In this document: positions 8,394 to 18,275 of the stretch, piece after piece
Position numbering within the stretch: the first letter of the stretch is position 1
Layout of the letters: the number at the start of each line of letters is the position of its first letter
Assembly (NCBI GenBank): GCA_017609465.1
Contig: JAFCDX010000001.1
Coordinates: forward strand, 26,459 to 90,458
DNA from: Candidatus Woesearchaeota archaeon
Lineage (GTDB): Archaea > Nanobdellota > Nanobdellia > SCGC-AAA011-G17 > JAFCDX01
Reading direction: 5' to 3'
DNA length: 64,000 nt
Notes under the pieces: generated by a model
What the model saw: the letters and a program-made list of their open reading frames with translations, nothing else
Database searches by the model: none
What the model was told of the DNA's origin: nothing
Position numbers and translations under genes: made by a program

Positions 8394-10412
8394 GCTTGCA
8401 TCTTTCATAACTTCTTTTATCTGTGATTTTTTCCATCCTTTCATTTTTAATGAATATTCAATGTCTTTCTTGGAAACCCCCTGATTTACTTTCATCTTAA
8501 CATAATTTTTTAATCTTTCCATACTTATCTCATGCTCGATGTCTTTTTCAGACCATCCTGTTTTTTGAAGTTCTGATTTTATGACTTTTAATGGAACTTT
8601 GTTTTTCAATGATTTTTCAATATATTTTTGCATCTTTTCAAAATTAACTGGCCTTATTTTAACTGATTTTGAAACTAATGGTTTTAATGCGCTTTCTTGA
8701 TTGGTTTCTGGCTTGCTTGTAGATGTTACACCTGCAATCGTTCCTTCATTGTCTTTGCTCTGCACATTTCCTGTCACACTTGGGGCCCTTGCATTTTTTC
8801 TTCTCACAAATATTACAATAATAATTATTGCAGTAATTACAAACACTATTCCTGCAACGGTTCCAACCCCCATTAATATCTTGCTCGTGCTAGAACCAAA
8901 TCCTAATCCTGAACCACCTTCAACACCAGTGTTCACTGCAGAAACACAAGGTTCTGAGCAACATAATGCAGAATCTGAACTTGATAAGACAGTCTCTTCA
9001 CAATCCATTGAAGTTCCACACAAATAACCTCCTTGAATAGCGCAGCTACAATCAGGATCTCCATTTAAACAATCTTGTTTACAGAAATCTCCTGCTTGAC
9101 ATGTCGCAGTCTGTTTTATTTCACAAGTTTGATTAGTTTCAGGGGTGTAAATTGGATTATCACATTCATTTGCATCAATACATACTCTTGTTTGAACTCC
9201 ATTTACACAATCTGTCCAATTACCACAATTCCATTTAGGGGTGCATCCAGATATAACTTGAACATTTAATTCATTACTGTCAACAGTTGCACCATAAGGA
9301 TCTTCTACACTAAACATTATAGTTTCATTTCCAGTCTCATTTGAATATAATTTCACATCCCCATCATCTTCTATTTCAACAATTACTGTTTCATTTCCAT
9401 GAACTTCATATATTAATTCATGATCATCAGGATCATCAAAATAATCATTTAAATCAAGAGTATAATTTACATTAAGCTCCACAGTTATATTCTCTATTAA
9501 GTCTGTTAATATAGGTGGGGAATTAAACATATCTAATAAAGAAGTGGAATTCATATAATTTTTATTAGTTCCGTCATCAGCACTAACTCTACACGTCCAA
9601 TCCCCTACAATCGTCTTACTTACTGTTTTTTCAACTGCATTACATATTTTTCCTGTGGACCAAGAATCTCCTGTACATGACATTGAACCTGTTCCTCCAC
9701 TTTCAAAATCAATACTATCATTTTTAGCCCAAAATTCATAACTTACAGTAACAGAACTGGATGTTTCTTCTGTGATTTTTGCAGAACAATTAAGTCCATC
9801 CTCTCTGAGAAAATCAGAAGAACCATTGCTATTTCTAAAATAAACATTTTCTATTATTGGTTTTTGTGTATCATCTGGAATTTCTAAAACTTCGAAAGTA
9901 GTATAACTTTCATCTATTACATCAGAACCATACCATAATTTCAATGTTAATTTGTAAGTATCTGCATTATCAAAAGTAGATAAATTAGAAAAAGTAGAGA
10001 TACTAACATCTACAGACCCATGAGCATCACCAATATCAAAAGCTTCGCCAGTTTGATCTTCCCATGCCCAATTTCCATCAGCATCATTATAATCCAAATC
10101 AAGGGTCGTTGATTTTCCAGCTTCTTCTACAAAGGTTTTTAATGTAATTGTATCTGATTGTTTTAATGAGGGGGTAGAATCTTCAATTAATATACTCACA
10201 TTAGACAAAGCAGGAATTGCATCATCTTTATTAAAAGATAAAGAAACAGTTCCTGTTAATTGTTGTGTTTCATCAATATTGTCTGGACTTAAAGTTCCAA
10301 CCACTACATTTCCAGTATAATCTGGGTTCATAAACAAGAATAGAAAAAATGCCATTAAAAAGAACACAATTACAAGAACTTTCACGTCTGAATTCTTTTT
10401 AATCTCACTCAC
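8376..10412 (-). CDS. Cell-surface protein: Ig/cadherin-like and Cys-rich domains, TM helix, cytoplasmic LxxxGW repeats
   Basis: DLNDYFDDPD; CTPKWNCGNWTDCVNGVQTRVC; TM near residue 520; LQKTGW and LKMKGW; GTG start. Confidence 0.8.
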   Translation of the reverse strand: MSEIKKNSDVKVLVIVFFLMAFFLFLFMNPDYTGNVVVGTLSPDNIDETQQLTGTVSLSFNKDDAIPALSNVSILIEDSTPSLKQSDTITLKTFVEEAGKSTTLDLDYNDADGNWAWEDQTGEAFDIGDAHGSVDVSISTFSNLSTFDNADTYKLTLKLWYGSDVIDESYTTFEVLEIPDDTQKPIIENVYFRNSNGSSDFLREDGLNCSAKITEETSSSVTVSYEFWAKNDSIDFESGGTGSMSCTGDSWSTGKICNAVEKTVSKTIVGDWTCRVSADDGTNKNYMNSTSLLDMFNSPPILTDLIENITVELNVNYTLDLNDYFDDPDDHELIYEVHGNETVIVEIEDDGDVKLYSNETGNETIMFSVEDPYGATVDSNELNVQVISGCTPKWNCGNWTDCVNGVQTRVCIDANECDNPIYTPETNQTCEIKQTATCQAGDFCKQDCLNGDPDCSCAIQGGYLCGTSMDCEETVLSSSDSALCCSEPCVSAVNTGVEGGSGLGFGSSTSKILMGVGTVAGIVFVITAIIIIVIFVRRKNARAPSVTGNVQSKDNEGTIAGVTSTSKPETNQESALKPLVSKSVKIRPVNFEKMQKYIEKSLKNKVPLKVIKSELQKTGWSEKDIEHEISMERLKNYVKMKVNQGVSKKDIEYSLKMKGWKKSQIKEVMKDASLRPLF

Positions 10413-10455
10413 CTCTAAAATTTAGATTGTATTTTTATTTATAAATTTTAGTATT

Positions 10456-10722
10456 TTACAATTTTCCTGCTTCTTTCTTAAGATCAACTAATTTTTTATT
10501 AATAGAATTAATCGTATTTAATAATATTTTTTTGGGGTCTTTTTTTGATTCTATTACAAAGACAGGGTTTGAAACAACAGGATGCTCAAGGCTGTAACCA
10601 GCTACATTTACATTGGAATTCTCCCATAATTCTTTCCTTAACAAATTACATAAAGTATGGTCTTCCCCAACGATCTCGAATTTAAGCTTATTTTTGTCCT
10701 GTTGCAATACATTGATTTCCAT
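10456..10722 (-). CDS. rpoL: RNA polymerase subunit L (Rpo11)
   Basis: GEDHTLCNLL and AGYSLEHP motifs. Confidence 0.95.
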   Translation of the reverse strand: MEINVLQQDKNKLKFEIVGEDHTLCNLLRKELWENSNVNVAGYSLEHPVVSNPVFVIESKKDPKKILLNTINSINKKLVDLKKEAGKL

Positions 10723-10741
10723 AAATTTTCACCATATAATG

Positions 10742-11200
10742 CTATTTTAAATCTTTCGTTTTTTCTTTTAAGTCTTTTATCCTTATGTTTGGATTTCTGA
10801 AATCTATCTTTTGTTTATCTGAAAACAATTTTCTGTATTTATCTATTAAGGATATACCCAAATATTTTCCTATCTTCTTTGCCTGTACGAAAGTGGGTTT
10901 TTTTCTTCCTTCTTCAATATCCTGCATTTCCCTAACGCTTTCTCCAATTTCCCTTGCAAGATTTCCTGTAGATATTCCCTTTCTTTCTCTTACATTCTTA
11001 ATCAAATCATAATAATTTGGAATTATCATTTCATTATATTCTTCTTTTTCAAGCTTTGATATTTTTTCTTCAACTTTATCTGGTTTTACCTCTATTACAT
11101 TTTCTCCTTTACTACACTCTTCACACAAATTAGTTATAGTTCCATTTAAAATATATTTCTTTGTTTGTTTTTCCTTATTGCATGAATTACATATTTCCAT
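10742..11200 (-). CDS. Archaeal MBF1-like protein (Zn ribbon + HTH)
   Basis: CNSC...CEEC ribbon; IKNVRERKGIS...IEEGRKKP HTH. Confidence 0.8.
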   Translation of the reverse strand: MEICNSCNKEKQTKKYILNGTITNLCEECSKGENVIEVKPDKVEEKISKLEKEEYNEMIIPNYYDLIKNVRERKGISTGNLAREIGESVREMQDIEEGRKKPTFVQAKKIGKYLGISLIDKYRKLFSDKQKIDFRNPNIRIKDLKEKTKDLK

Positions 11201-11846
11201 TTTCTAGGATCTCAATAAGTTCTGCAACATCGACAAAACCTTCTTTCTTTATTTCATTGTTTATTATTATTGTTGGGGACTTGCTAACTTTATAATAATT
11301 TTTTATTAAATCTATGGTAGTTTCGTTATGTTCTCTATCAATTGAAAAAACCCTTATATTAATATCCTCTCTTTTAACAAAATTATCCAGAACATATCCC
11401 TGTCTTTCTGAATCCAAATCCCCTATATCATAAAAGAATAAGATTATTGTTTGGTTTGAATCACACTCTTTCTTAAAATCCAGAAAGTTAAAATATGTTC
11501 TTAATTCCAATAAAAAATATTTTGTTTTTAGAAACATATACTCATCTTTTTCAAAAAGTTTTTTTCTGTCATATTCTGAGAGTCTTTGCCCAACTTTGTA
11601 AAGATCAAGGGACATTGAAGATAATCTCTTATCTATCAAGTCGCAATCATAAGTGTTAAAGGATTCAAAAAACTCTTCATTTATTAAAATACTCAAAATG
11701 TCAAGGCTATTTTCATTAAGGTCTCCTGCAACATTGTCTGTCCTTAAATCATCCCATATCTTTCCCACATAAAAACCAAACAACAGGAGTCCAACTACTA
11801 TAATTAATGCAGTTATAAAAATGTCTTTCCTTACTTTTTTTACCAT
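11187..11846 (-). CDS. Membrane-anchored protein with C-terminal thioredoxin-like fold
   Basis: N-terminal TM; ILFFY...SERQGYVLD...PTIIIN...GF; no CxxC. Confidence 0.6.
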   Translation of the reverse strand: MVKKVRKDIFITALIIVVGLLLFGFYVGKIWDDLRTDNVAGDLNENSLDILSILINEEFFESFNTYDCDLIDKRLSSMSLDLYKVGQRLSEYDRKKLFEKDEYMFLKTKYFLLELRTYFNFLDFKKECDSNQTIILFFYDIGDLDSERQGYVLDNFVKREDINIRVFSIDREHNETTIDLIKNYYKVSKSPTIIINNEIKKEGFVDVAELIEILENGNM

Positions 11847-13066
11847 TTTCTCTTAGCCCCTCCCATTTCCAAAATTAAGGCATGGAACCATTGAACGCTA
11901 GTTATAATTGGGTAAAAGAAAAGATATATAATAGTAACTATTGAATATATTCTTTTTTCATTATAATATTTGTGGGCCTTAAGATATACATAAAAACCAA
12001 ATACAAGACTAATAAATACAGGGATATAAATTCTAACATCTATTGATAATATAAATTCTCCAACATCAGGGATTTCCGGAATTGAAAATATGTCTGTGCC
12101 CAAAGTTATTAATTTATAACTCCAATCATATACAACATCAAAAAGCCTGTATATAAGCATTACAAAAGAGAAAAGAACCAGGAACATAGACAATACAGAA
12201 ACAGGAAATAAAAACAATCCCAATATCCCATAATTTTTGTTAAATAATAAACTTTTATGTTTTATCATACTTGTTATAAAACCCCTATACCATCTTACTC
12301 TTTGTTTCCAAAAATCAGAAAATTTCCTTGGTACATGAGTGTAATTTAAAGAGGATGGTTCCATAACAACATCGTACCCTTTTCTTATAATTCTTAATGC
12401 TATTTCAAAATCCTCTGTAAGGTTTTTCTCATCAAAACCTCCAAGCTTTTTAACAAGATTTGTTTTATAAGCGCTCAATACTCCGTTTGTTATGTTAAGA
12501 ACCCTTATCTTTGACATAAGTTTCCTTGTAAAGTTTGTTATTATATATTCAAATTTCTGCATTTTTTCAAGGGAACTTTTGGGTTCATCCACTAATATGC
12601 TACTTATAACAGAACCTACCTTTTTATCTGAAAAATGATCAACGAGTTTTTTAAATGAATCTCTTGAAACTCTGGAATCTGCGTCAACCCTCGCAAATAA
12701 ATCTGTATCTACATATTTTAAACCCGTATTCATAGATACAGCTGCATTCCCTCCCCTTTCTTTTCTTTGAACTAGTTTAACATTATCAAACTCCTTTACA
12801 ACTTCCGCTGTATTGTCCGAACTGCAATCATCAACTACAATGATTTTTAATTTATCCACGGGATAATCTAAACTTAAAATGGAATTTAATGTTTTCCCAA
12901 TATTTTTCTCTTCATTATACGCAGGAACAATTATTGAAACACTAGGATATTCTTCTAACTTTCTTGTTTTTTTCTCTTTCATATAAAAAACTATTATCCA
13001 AAATACCGATAAGTATAAAAATACAAATGAAATTATCCATACATAATATTCAAACATTTTTAACAC
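11840..13066 (-). CDS. Processive family 2 glycosyltransferase (PgaC/cellulose synthase-like)
   Basis: PAYNEE, DDCSSD, DAD, TED, QRVRW motifs plus TM helices. Confidence 0.92.
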   Translation of the reverse strand: MLKMFEYYVWIISFVFLYLSVFWIIVFYMKEKKTRKLEEYPSVSIIVPAYNEEKNIGKTLNSILSLDYPVDKLKIIVVDDCSSDNTAEVVKEFDNVKLVQRKERGGNAAVSMNTGLKYVDTDLFARVDADSRVSRDSFKKLVDHFSDKKVGSVISSILVDEPKSSLEKMQKFEYIITNFTRKLMSKIRVLNITNGVLSAYKTNLVKKLGGFDEKNLTEDFEIALRIIRKGYDVVMEPSSLNYTHVPRKFSDFWKQRVRWYRGFITSMIKHKSLLFNKNYGILGLFLFPVSVLSMFLVLFSFVMLIYRLFDVVYDWSYKLITLGTDIFSIPEIPDVGEFILSIDVRIYIPVFISLVFGFYVYLKAHKYYNEKRIYSIVTIIYLFFYPIITSVQWFHALILEMGGAKRKW

Positions 13067-14514
13067 ACTATCTTATAAACAAAATCATGCTTTTCAAAAC
13101 ATGAAAGATTATCATATTTTAATTCTTCAATCCCGTTAAATCTCTTAAACTTATCCGAGAAAAATATGTATTTTATGTTATTTTTCTTATATAATCTCAA
13201 TGCCATTTCCGAAGACTCAAGATTTATCATTGCATCAGATTCCAATAATCTTAACGCCGGTCTTGGAGCCAGAAAGAAATTAGTGTCATAAAAATTTTTC
13301 TTTCCACTGAAATAATTTATTGAATGTCCTTCATAAAGGCTTCCAAATATAACATCTTCTCCCTCGGAATCCTCTTTAATCCACTTTAAGGCATCTACTT
13401 CATTCTGTGTTATCGTATTTTCCAATTGCACTTGCGCAATATCCATAGAGGGATAAAAAGATAAAAGTATTATTGCAAAGAACAAGCCAGTAAAGAAATA
13501 TGATTTATATTTCTCCAACTTTGTTATTTTTAAATATTTTACAAAAATTGTTATCGCAAGAGATGCAAACACAGAAGTTAAAATCCCGATAAACATAAGG
13601 GAAGTGTAAAAATCAAGAACATTAAAACTAAGAAATATAGATATTATTAACAACAAGGAACTCATCATATATACAATATCTAATTTTACCTTTCTAAATC
13701 CGTAATAAATTCCTGGAATACCAAGTATTATTGTTATATAACCCAAACCCAGTATTAAACTAAATATATTCAACTGGTTAAAAGTATTAACATATAATGA
13801 TTCAGGGATATTTCTCCACAATATTTCAATTCCATATAACATAATTGCCTCATAAAAAATCATTAGATTTATTATTATTGCAATCAGAAAAGATATTAAC
13901 GCAAGTTTTATTTCGTTTTTTCTTATGTTCTTATCTTCAGTGTATTTAACCAACAGATAAAGTAGCAATGCTAATGAAAATATTATTGAAAAAGGATGAA
14001 GTATTGATAAAAATATGAATAACAATAAGAATTGTATTAAGAATCTTCTGTTTTTAATATTCATAAAACAATAAATCAAGTATAAAATAAGAGGGATAAC
14101 CAGATTATAAATTGATATTTTATTTATCGTTTCTCTGATTATTAATGGGATAAAACCCGATATAAAAGCAGCAAATAGGGCTGATTTTTCATCTTTTACC
14201 AAAAACTTTGAAAGGATATAAACCAATATAACCGTAAGAGACATTAATAATTGTGGAATTATTTTCAGGTAAAACGGTATGAAAGAAAAAATTATTAAAA
14301 AATAATGGAATATCCAATTAAACAACACAGGCCTCCCCCCATAGCTAAGCTCATCATAAGTCATAGGAAAAATATTCTCTTTGATATGCTCTATATTTTT
14401 CAAGTGAAAATATGAAGTATCATCTGAAAATGGTGCAACTGAGAAAGAAAAATATAATCTAAATAACAAAACTACAAAAAATAAGATCATCAAATAAATA
14501 TTATTCCTTTTCAT
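13060..14514 (-). CDS. Polytopic membrane protein, GT-C-like glycosyltransferase architecture
   Basis: DDxSYFH...YD.LSYGGR first loop, about 11 TM helices, soluble C-terminal ALKWIK domain. Confidence 0.6.
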   Translation of the reverse strand: MKRNNIYLMILFFVVLLFRLYFSFSVAPFSDDTSYFHLKNIEHIKENIFPMTYDELSYGGRPVLFNWIFHYFLIIFSFIPFYLKIIPQLLMSLTVILVYILSKFLVKDEKSALFAAFISGFIPLIIRETINKISIYNLVIPLILYLIYCFMNIKNRRFLIQFLLLFIFLSILHPFSIIFSLALLLYLLVKYTEDKNIRKNEIKLALISFLIAIIINLMIFYEAIMLYGIEILWRNIPESLYVNTFNQLNIFSLILGLGYITIILGIPGIYYGFRKVKLDIVYMMSSLLLIISIFLSFNVLDFYTSLMFIGILTSVFASLAITIFVKYLKITKLEKYKSYFFTGLFFAIILLSFYPSMDIAQVQLENTITQNEVDALKWIKEDSEGEDVIFGSLYEGHSINYFSGKKNFYDTNFFLAPRPALRLLESDAMINLESSEMALRLYKKNNIKYIFFSDKFKRFNGIEELKYDNLSCFEKHDFVYKIVC

Positions 14515-14986
14515 TTTTTAATTTTAGATTGTCTTCAACAACATCAAAGTATTCAAAAAATTTAGGAGTCAATTTCAACAATCTTGTACGTCCGCTTTTC
14601 TCTGATGTTATAAAACCTTCTTCTTTTAGTATTTTAATATGATCGTATGCTTTATTACCCCTTATCTTTATCACTTCAGACTGCAAAACTGGATTTTTGT
14701 AAGCTACAATAGCAAGAGTTTCCTGAGTAGGCCTGTCTAATTCAGTATCAGATAATAAGTTATCGGTAAGATGTAGATATTCCTTTCTAACATTTAACTT
14801 CCATTTTCCTTCATGATTTAAAATATCCAATGAAGAACCTCTTGTTTCATAATCTTTTTTTAAATTTTCAAGGGTTTCTTTTATGAATTCCTCTGATTTT
14901 ATTCCTGTCATATTAGAGATATCGCTAACAGACAAAAACTTACCTGTTATAAATAATATAGCCTCTATTTTATTCTTGTCTTCCAT
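14501..14986 (-). CDS. scpB: SMC-Scp complex subunit ScpB
   Basis: IEAILF, ETLAIVAYKNP, IRG, TPKFFEYF. Confidence 0.93.
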   Translation of the reverse strand: MEDKNKIEAILFITGKFLSVSDISNMTGIKSEEFIKETLENLKKDYETRGSSLDILNHEGKWKLNVRKEYLHLTDNLLSDTELDRPTQETLAIVAYKNPVLQSEVIKIRGNKAYDHIKILKEEGFITSEKSGRTRLLKLTPKFFEYFDVVEDNLKLKNEKE

Positions 14987-15032
14987 AATCTAAGATAAAG
15001 AATTAAGTATAAAAATCTAACTATTAAATTAT

Positions 15033-15392
15033 TTATAAACAGGCTCCGTTTGAGCATCCATTCTCACATAATTCAAACCTATAATTCCATATAACATTAT
15101 TTCCTGTACCTTTATTATAATCACAGTAATATTCTTTTACATATTTGCTTGTTTTTCCTGTATCTTTGTTTGATTTTTCAAAGCATATATCTGTTTTATC
15201 ATCATAAGAGACTCCTTTAGAATCTACCCCATAAACAGTTCCCTTTGAAAAAATGTCAACACCCTCATCAGTATCTACACAAGTTGAAGTGCTTACTTGC
15301 TTTCCTGTAACGCTTCCAAAAAATCCAGAATACGCAAATACAGATAGAACTAATATGATTAATATTCCTATTAATATCTCTTTATTATCCAT
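15033..15392 (-). CDS. Small Cys-rich exported protein, tandem paralog 4
   Basis: TM-TGK-CxDTDxG...KG.V...EYYC...CENGCSNGACL. Confidence 0.85.
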   Translation of the reverse strand: MDNKEILIGILIILVLSVFAYSGFFGSVTGKQVSTSTCVDTDEGVDIFSKGTVYGVDSKGVSYDDKTDICFEKSNKDTGKTSKYVKEYYCDYNKGTGNNVIWNYRFELCENGCSNGACL

Positions 15393-15451
15393 TTTAAATT
15401 AATAGTTTAAGAACTTATAAAACTTTCTAAAGAAAATAAAAAATAAAAAAT

Positions 15452-15775
15452 TTATAAGCATGCTCCGTTTGAACAGCCCTCGTCGCAAAGTACCATTTCA
15501 GATTTCCATCCAGATTCTGTCATTTTATCACATCTATATTCTTTAAGGTAACTTGAATCCTCTACAGAACAATAATCTACCATTGGACCGAAATCTTGTC
15601 CATTGTTAGAAGTTCCACTTACGCTACCTTTTACATATACATTTCCACCGTCAGTATCTGTACACTGCCATGTGGTTGCCTTTCCTGTTGTTCCTGAAAA
15701 AACACCTGTTGAGAATAAGACTGCTACAACAAGCAATACTACAAGCCCTATAATAACCATATCTTTGTTATCCAT
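15452..15775 (-). CDS. Small Cys-rich exported protein, tandem paralog 3
   Basis: TM-TGK-CTDTDGG...EYRC...CDEGCSNGACL. Confidence 0.85.
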   Translation of the reverse strand: MDNKDMVIIGLVVLLVVAVLFSTGVFSGTTGKATTWQCTDTDGGNVYVKGSVSGTSNNGQDFGPMVDYCSVEDSSYLKEYRCDKMTESGWKSEMVLCDEGCSNGACL

Positions 15776-15823
15776 ATTAATAATTTAAACTTACTTTTAT
15801 ATATAAACTTTTCTAAATAAGGT

Positions 15824-16168
15824 TTATAGACAAGCTCCTGCTCTGCAACCATTTTCACAAAATACTCTGTTTCTTTTGTAACCCGATGCAATATAAGGAT
15901 CGCAAGTGTATTCAATTACCCATTTTCCATTATCCTTGTAATCTAGGGAACAAAAATCTTCATCATTAAAAAATTCTCTTTTAGATGAACCATCCACTGT
16001 TATATATCCTTTAATTTTTGATTGTTCAGCAAGACTAGGATTTGAGTCAGAATCAAAACATCCATGAGATATTTGTTTTCCAGTAATATCACTAAAGAAA
16101 CCTGCATAAGATAACACACCAATTGCAAACACAAGAATTATTCCTATAAAAATATTTTTTGAATTCAT
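15824..16168 (-). CDS. Small Cys-rich exported protein, tandem paralog 2
   Basis: Likely start MNSK at ATGA overlap; CFDSD...EYTC...CENGCRAGACL. Confidence 0.85.
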   Translation of the reverse strand: MNSKNIFIGIILVFAIGVLSYAGFFSDITGKQISHGCFDSDSNPSLAEQSKIKGYITVDGSSKREFFNDEDFCSLDYKDNGKWVIEYTCDPYIASGYKRNRVFCENGCRAGACL

Positions 16169-16512
16169 AAACAAGCACCATCCTTACATCCATTTTCACA
16201 GTAAACAAGTTCAGACTTCCAGTTTTCTGTTGTAGTTATATCACATTTGTATTCCTTCAAATAATCTGGTCTTGAGTTATCACAATAATCTATTTTTGGT
16301 TCTAAATCTCTCCTACAATTATCTGTAACAAAATTTACTCTTCCTTTAACATAAATATTTCCTTGATCTGTGTCTTCACAAGAAGCAGAACAAAAACCAC
16401 TTACTTTTCCAGTTACCCATACAAATGCACCTGAAGTATAAAACAATGAAAAGAATAATACTACAACAAGAACAATGAACAGCTTCCTGTTTACTCCATG
16501 AATATTAACCAT
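16165..16512 (-). CDS. Small Cys-rich exported protein, tandem paralog 1
   Basis: TM-TGK-CEDTDQG...EYKC...CENGCKDGACL. Confidence 0.85.
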   Translation of the reverse strand: MVNIHGVNRKLFIVLVVVLFFSLFYTSGAFVWVTGKVSGFCSASCEDTDQGNIYVKGRVNFVTDNCRRDLEPKIDYCDNSRPDYLKEYKCDITTTENWKSELVYCENGCKDGACL

Positions 16513-16546
16513 ACAATATTAAATTAATTTTTATATTTAAATATTT

Positions 16547-17638
16547 CTATCTTATTGGATATCTCAAAAGTGCTGCAATTCCACCCAAATCCTGCAATTG
16601 TTTCCCCTCTCTTGTTTCTGTAGAAATAATTCTTACTTCTGTTCTGAATTTGTCTGCTTCGTTTTCAAGATTTTCTATTTCTTTGTCATCCATTGAATCA
16701 GACAATAATAAAATGTCAACTGCACCCAATTCTAATGCTTTAATAGTTTCTTCTCTTCCATAAGTTATTTTAGCTTCTTCTTTTGCAAATGTTTCAAAAA
16801 ATTTCTGCATTATTTGTTTTTCAAGTGCAATTTCTTCTTCTGCTAAAAGCTCTTGTGATTTGTCAACCAATTCATTTAACCCAAATTCTCCTGTATAAGA
16901 TAAATCCTTTACACCAATTATTTTATTTTTTAATTGATTGTTAAGATAATTTCCGTCAATAAACATTTCTTTTGTTGGACCTGGACCCCCTATTATTATT
17001 CCCTTTAAATCAGGGTTATTCAGAAATTCCTTGTTTGCTGCCTCTCCTATTCTCTTGAAAAATTCATGTGTTGCTTCTTCTCTTAATCTTGCGTAACGTT
17101 GTTGTGATTGGCCTCCTTTTGTTGTTTTTCCTGGAACTCCTGAAGTCATGTGGAATAATTCCTCTATGTTTGTTCCTTTTAATAGTCCTATATTTCCTTC
17201 TCTTCTATCAAGAACTATCAAACCAAAAACTTCCTTTACTTCAATTAGTTCCTTTAAAGGTTCTAATAAAAATGTCTGGTCGCATCTGTAAATTCTCAGA
17301 TTTAAAGGTTCTGGAGGCTCAACACTAAATACTTTTATATCCACTTTGCTTTCTTTGTCAGAAATGTCTCCTGAGAATACTGCAAGGCCATTTTCAGGTG
17401 TTTTCTTAAAAGTTCTTAGATGTTGTATCATTTTTTCAATAGAATCAATTACTTTTGTTCTTGTATTCTTATCCTTAATGTTTTCTGCAGTTCCTTGTTC
17501 TTGTGCCAAATGCTGTATTATTTTGATAATATCATATCCAGGGGGAATATAAACAGAAACCAATTCAGTATGTCTTCCTTTTACTTTCTCCAATTCCATA
17601 ATGAATCTTCTTAATTTGTGTCTTTCTTTTATGTTCAT
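16547..17638 (-). CDS. prf1: Peptide chain release factor aRF1
   Basis: TELVSVYIP, GTAENIKD, YRCD, GGQS, GGIAALLRY. Confidence 0.97.
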   Translation of the reverse strand: MNIKERHKLRRFIMELEKVKGRHTELVSVYIPPGYDIIKIIQHLAQEQGTAENIKDKNTRTKVIDSIEKMIQHLRTFKKTPENGLAVFSGDISDKESKVDIKVFSVEPPEPLNLRIYRCDQTFLLEPLKELIEVKEVFGLIVLDRREGNIGLLKGTNIEELFHMTSGVPGKTTKGGQSQQRYARLREEATHEFFKRIGEAANKEFLNNPDLKGIIIGGPGPTKEMFIDGNYLNNQLKNKIIGVKDLSYTGEFGLNELVDKSQELLAEEEIALEKQIMQKFFETFAKEEAKITYGREETIKALELGAVDILLLSDSMDDKEIENLENEADKFRTEVRIISTETREGKQLQDLGGIAALLRYPIR

Positions 17639-17672
17639 TTTATTAAGAAATTCAATGTATATTTAAAATTAA

Positions 17673-18275
17673 TTATTGGGAGATTCCCTGAAAGAAATCC
17701 AAAAATCTATTCCATGTAGATGTACTTACACAATATTCTCCTTTGCAAATATTACTTTCACATTCAAAATCATTTTCACATTGTTCTTCCTCAGCTTTTT
17801 GGTCTAATACATCTCCGGAGACATCACAATATTTTCCTTCAAATCTTATCCCTATATTTATACAACTATTATCATAAAAACACCCATCACATATTTCCTT
17901 TAAATTACTATTATATTCTTCTTCTGTAACTATATCTTGTGTGCTCTCTTGAGTATTTGTGTTATCATCATCTCCATTACCACCATTACCCCCAGAACTT
18001 CTGCAAAATCCATCTTCACAAAAATATCCTGCTCCACAAGGAGGATCACATTCTTCTAATTCTTCTTCAACTTCATCGTTTTGAGACTCGCTTGTTGGTG
18101 TTGCTATTGATTCTGAACTACTTGGTGTTGAATTATCATATGAAGAATAACCGCTTTCCGAATTATCCGAGATATACTTATCTACCTTATCATCTACAGA
18201 ATCATCCCTACATCCCGATATAAAGAAAACAATTACTAAAATTAATATAACATATTTTATTTTCATTTTAACCAA
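17673..18275 (-). CDS. Putative lipoprotein with low-complexity linker and Cys-rich C-terminal domain
   Basis: FISGC lipobox-like; C-terminal CDGC...YC...QK...CENDFECESNIC shared with the adjacent 967-aa protein. Confidence 0.75.
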   Translation of the reverse strand: MVKMKIKYVILILVIVFFISGCRDDSVDDKVDKYISDNSESGYSSYDNSTPSSSESIATPTSESQNDEVEEELEECDPPCGAGYFCEDGFCRSSGGNGGNGDDDNTNTQESTQDIVTEEEYNSNLKEICDGCFYDNSCINIGIRFEGKYCDVSGDVLDQKAEEEQCENDFECESNICKGEYCVSTSTWNRFLDFFQGISQ

